46,508 bases of DNA from a virus (Duplodnaviria; Caudoviricetes): positions 1 to 46,508 of the IMG/VR virus record IMGVR_UViG_3300017448_000028. One strand, given 5' to 3'. The translations under genes and the position numbers were made by a program. The notes beneath the pieces are model-generated. The model did no database searches. It was not told the origin of the DNA and worked only from the letters and a program-made list of their open reading frames with translations. Each line of letters opens with the position of its first letter. Position 1 is the stretch's first letter. Of the stretch, positions 45,574-46,508 are shown piece after piece.

Positions 45574-45740
45574 GCGAGCACGGGACCCGCACGAAGTACG
45601 TCCACGACAAGTGCCGCTGCGCCAAGTGCCGCACGGCGAACGCCGACTACCAGCGCGACTACATGTACGAGTGGCAGCAGCGCAAGCGCAAGCAGGCCCG
45701 CGCCGAACGCGCCGCCACGTCAGACAGGAGCGCGTCGTGA
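45570..45740 (+). CDS. Small zinc-binding protein (HGT..Y...CRCxxC)
   Basis: HGTRTKYVHDKCRCAKCRTANADY. Confidence 0.7.
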   Translation: MSEHGTRTKYVHDKCRCAKCRTANADYQRDYMYEWQQRKRKQARAERAATSDRSAS

Positions 45741-46048
45741 GCCTCCTCGTCGGCGCCGTCATCATCGGCGCCGCCACACTCGCCGGACTCCTCTGGATGC
45801 GCTGGGAAAACCACCGCGACCAACGCGACATCGCCGAACACGAGCAGTGGGAACTCGCCCGCCGCACACCCGGCGCCGCATACGCCGCCTGCGACGACCA
45901 CAACCAATGGATCCACGACCTACCCCAGATGCCACCACACAAGTGCGGCACCCTCACCCGCCGCCGACACGAACGCACCCGACTACACCGCGAGCTCGAA
46001 CTCATGCTCTGCCTCGCCGCAGCCAACCGACCCAAAGACGACGCATGA
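45737..46048 (+). CDS. Membrane-anchored hypothetical protein
   Basis: RBS AGGAG; N-terminal transmembrane helix. Confidence 0.6.
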   Translation: MSLLVGAVIIGAATLAGLLWMRWENHRDQRDIAEHEQWELARRTPGAAYAACDDHNQWIHDLPQMPPHKCGTLTRRRHERTRLHRELELMLCLAAANRPKDDA

Positions 46049-46098
46049 CCACGCACAAACCGCAGCAGCGACCGGACACCAACCACCCAAGGACCACG

Positions 46099-46508
46099 AT
46101 GCCCAAGAAGATCGAAAAACTCACCACCGAACAAAAAGCCCTCCTCCCCACCGTCCGCGACGAATGGCTCGCACACGGCCTCTCCACCGCCGCCGCCGAC
46201 CGACCCGCAGCCGAGGCCGGCGTAGCAGCCGCCTACCGCGCCGCCGGCCTCGAACCCCCCCGCTTCGTCATCTGGCTCGACTCCCCGTGGGCTGGCGTCA
46301 TCGGACAGGCTGTCGCACCGGAGATCGTGGCTGAAGGGCTCCGGCACCTGGGTCGCATGCAGCGCGACCAGGTGCACGGCCAGGTGGGCGGCCAGGTGCG
46401 CGACCAGGTGCACGGCCAGGTGGGCGGCCAGGTGGGCGGCCAGGTGGACGGCCAGGTGCACGACCAGGTGCACGACCAGGTGGGCGGCCAGGTGTACGGC
46501 CAGGTGGG
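46099..46508 (+). CDS. DUF6745-type protein, N-terminal part (continues at window start)
   Basis: MPKKIEKLTTEQKALLPTVRDEWLAHGLSTAAADRPAAEAGVAAAYRAAGL..P...WLDSP, then the same QVxG repeats; open to the contig end. Confidence 0.8.
   Translation, partial: MPKKIEKLTTEQKALLPTVRDEWLAHGLSTAAADRPAAEAGVAAAYRAAGLEPPRFVIWLDSPWAGVIGQAVAPEIVAEGLRHLGRMQRDQVHGQVGGQVRDQVHGQVGGQVGGQVDGQVHDQVHDQVGGQVYGQV
46369..46508 (+). repeat. 12-bp tandem repeat array; terminal overlap with window start
   Basis: 46446-46508 matches 1-63 with one mismatch. Confidence 0.9.

Overview
This window looks like an essentially complete, circularly permuted genome of a temperate siphovirus (or excised prophage) of a high-GC actinomycete. 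The contig ends overlap inside a 12-bp tandem-repeat array of a DUF6745-type gene. Modules, left to right: (1) early and replication genes (C5 DNA methyltransferase, replication initiator with internal origin-like inverted repeat, helicase-loader-like gene, WhiB, XRE); (2) an accessory region; (3) a minus-strand glycosyltransferase-methyltransferase-glycosyltransferase operon, interrupted by an antisense HNH gene and followed by tRNA-fMet; (4) terminase, portal, capsid and tail genes, including a -1 frameshifted tail chaperone, and a beta-helix tailspike; (5) lysis genes; (6) GntR, putative attP and tyrosine integrase; (7) repressor/Cro switch, antirepressor and Rad52-like recombinase. The main discovery candidate is at 7884-8963, a nuclease-less Nop/IS110-type (TasA-like) gene. 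Its own coding sequence contains five stem-loop units of the form stem-CCA-N9-9 nt loop ending CCA-N9-CG-stem, i.e. a TIGR-like dual-spacer guide array embedded inside the effector gene. Other notable items are a circularly permuted (T arm-acceptor-D arm, Y-RNA-like) tRNA mimic abutting tRNA-fMet, a dual-coding segment in the methyltransferase, and several LexA-box-like operators at putative promoters. All calls come from reading the sequence by eye; no database searches were run.
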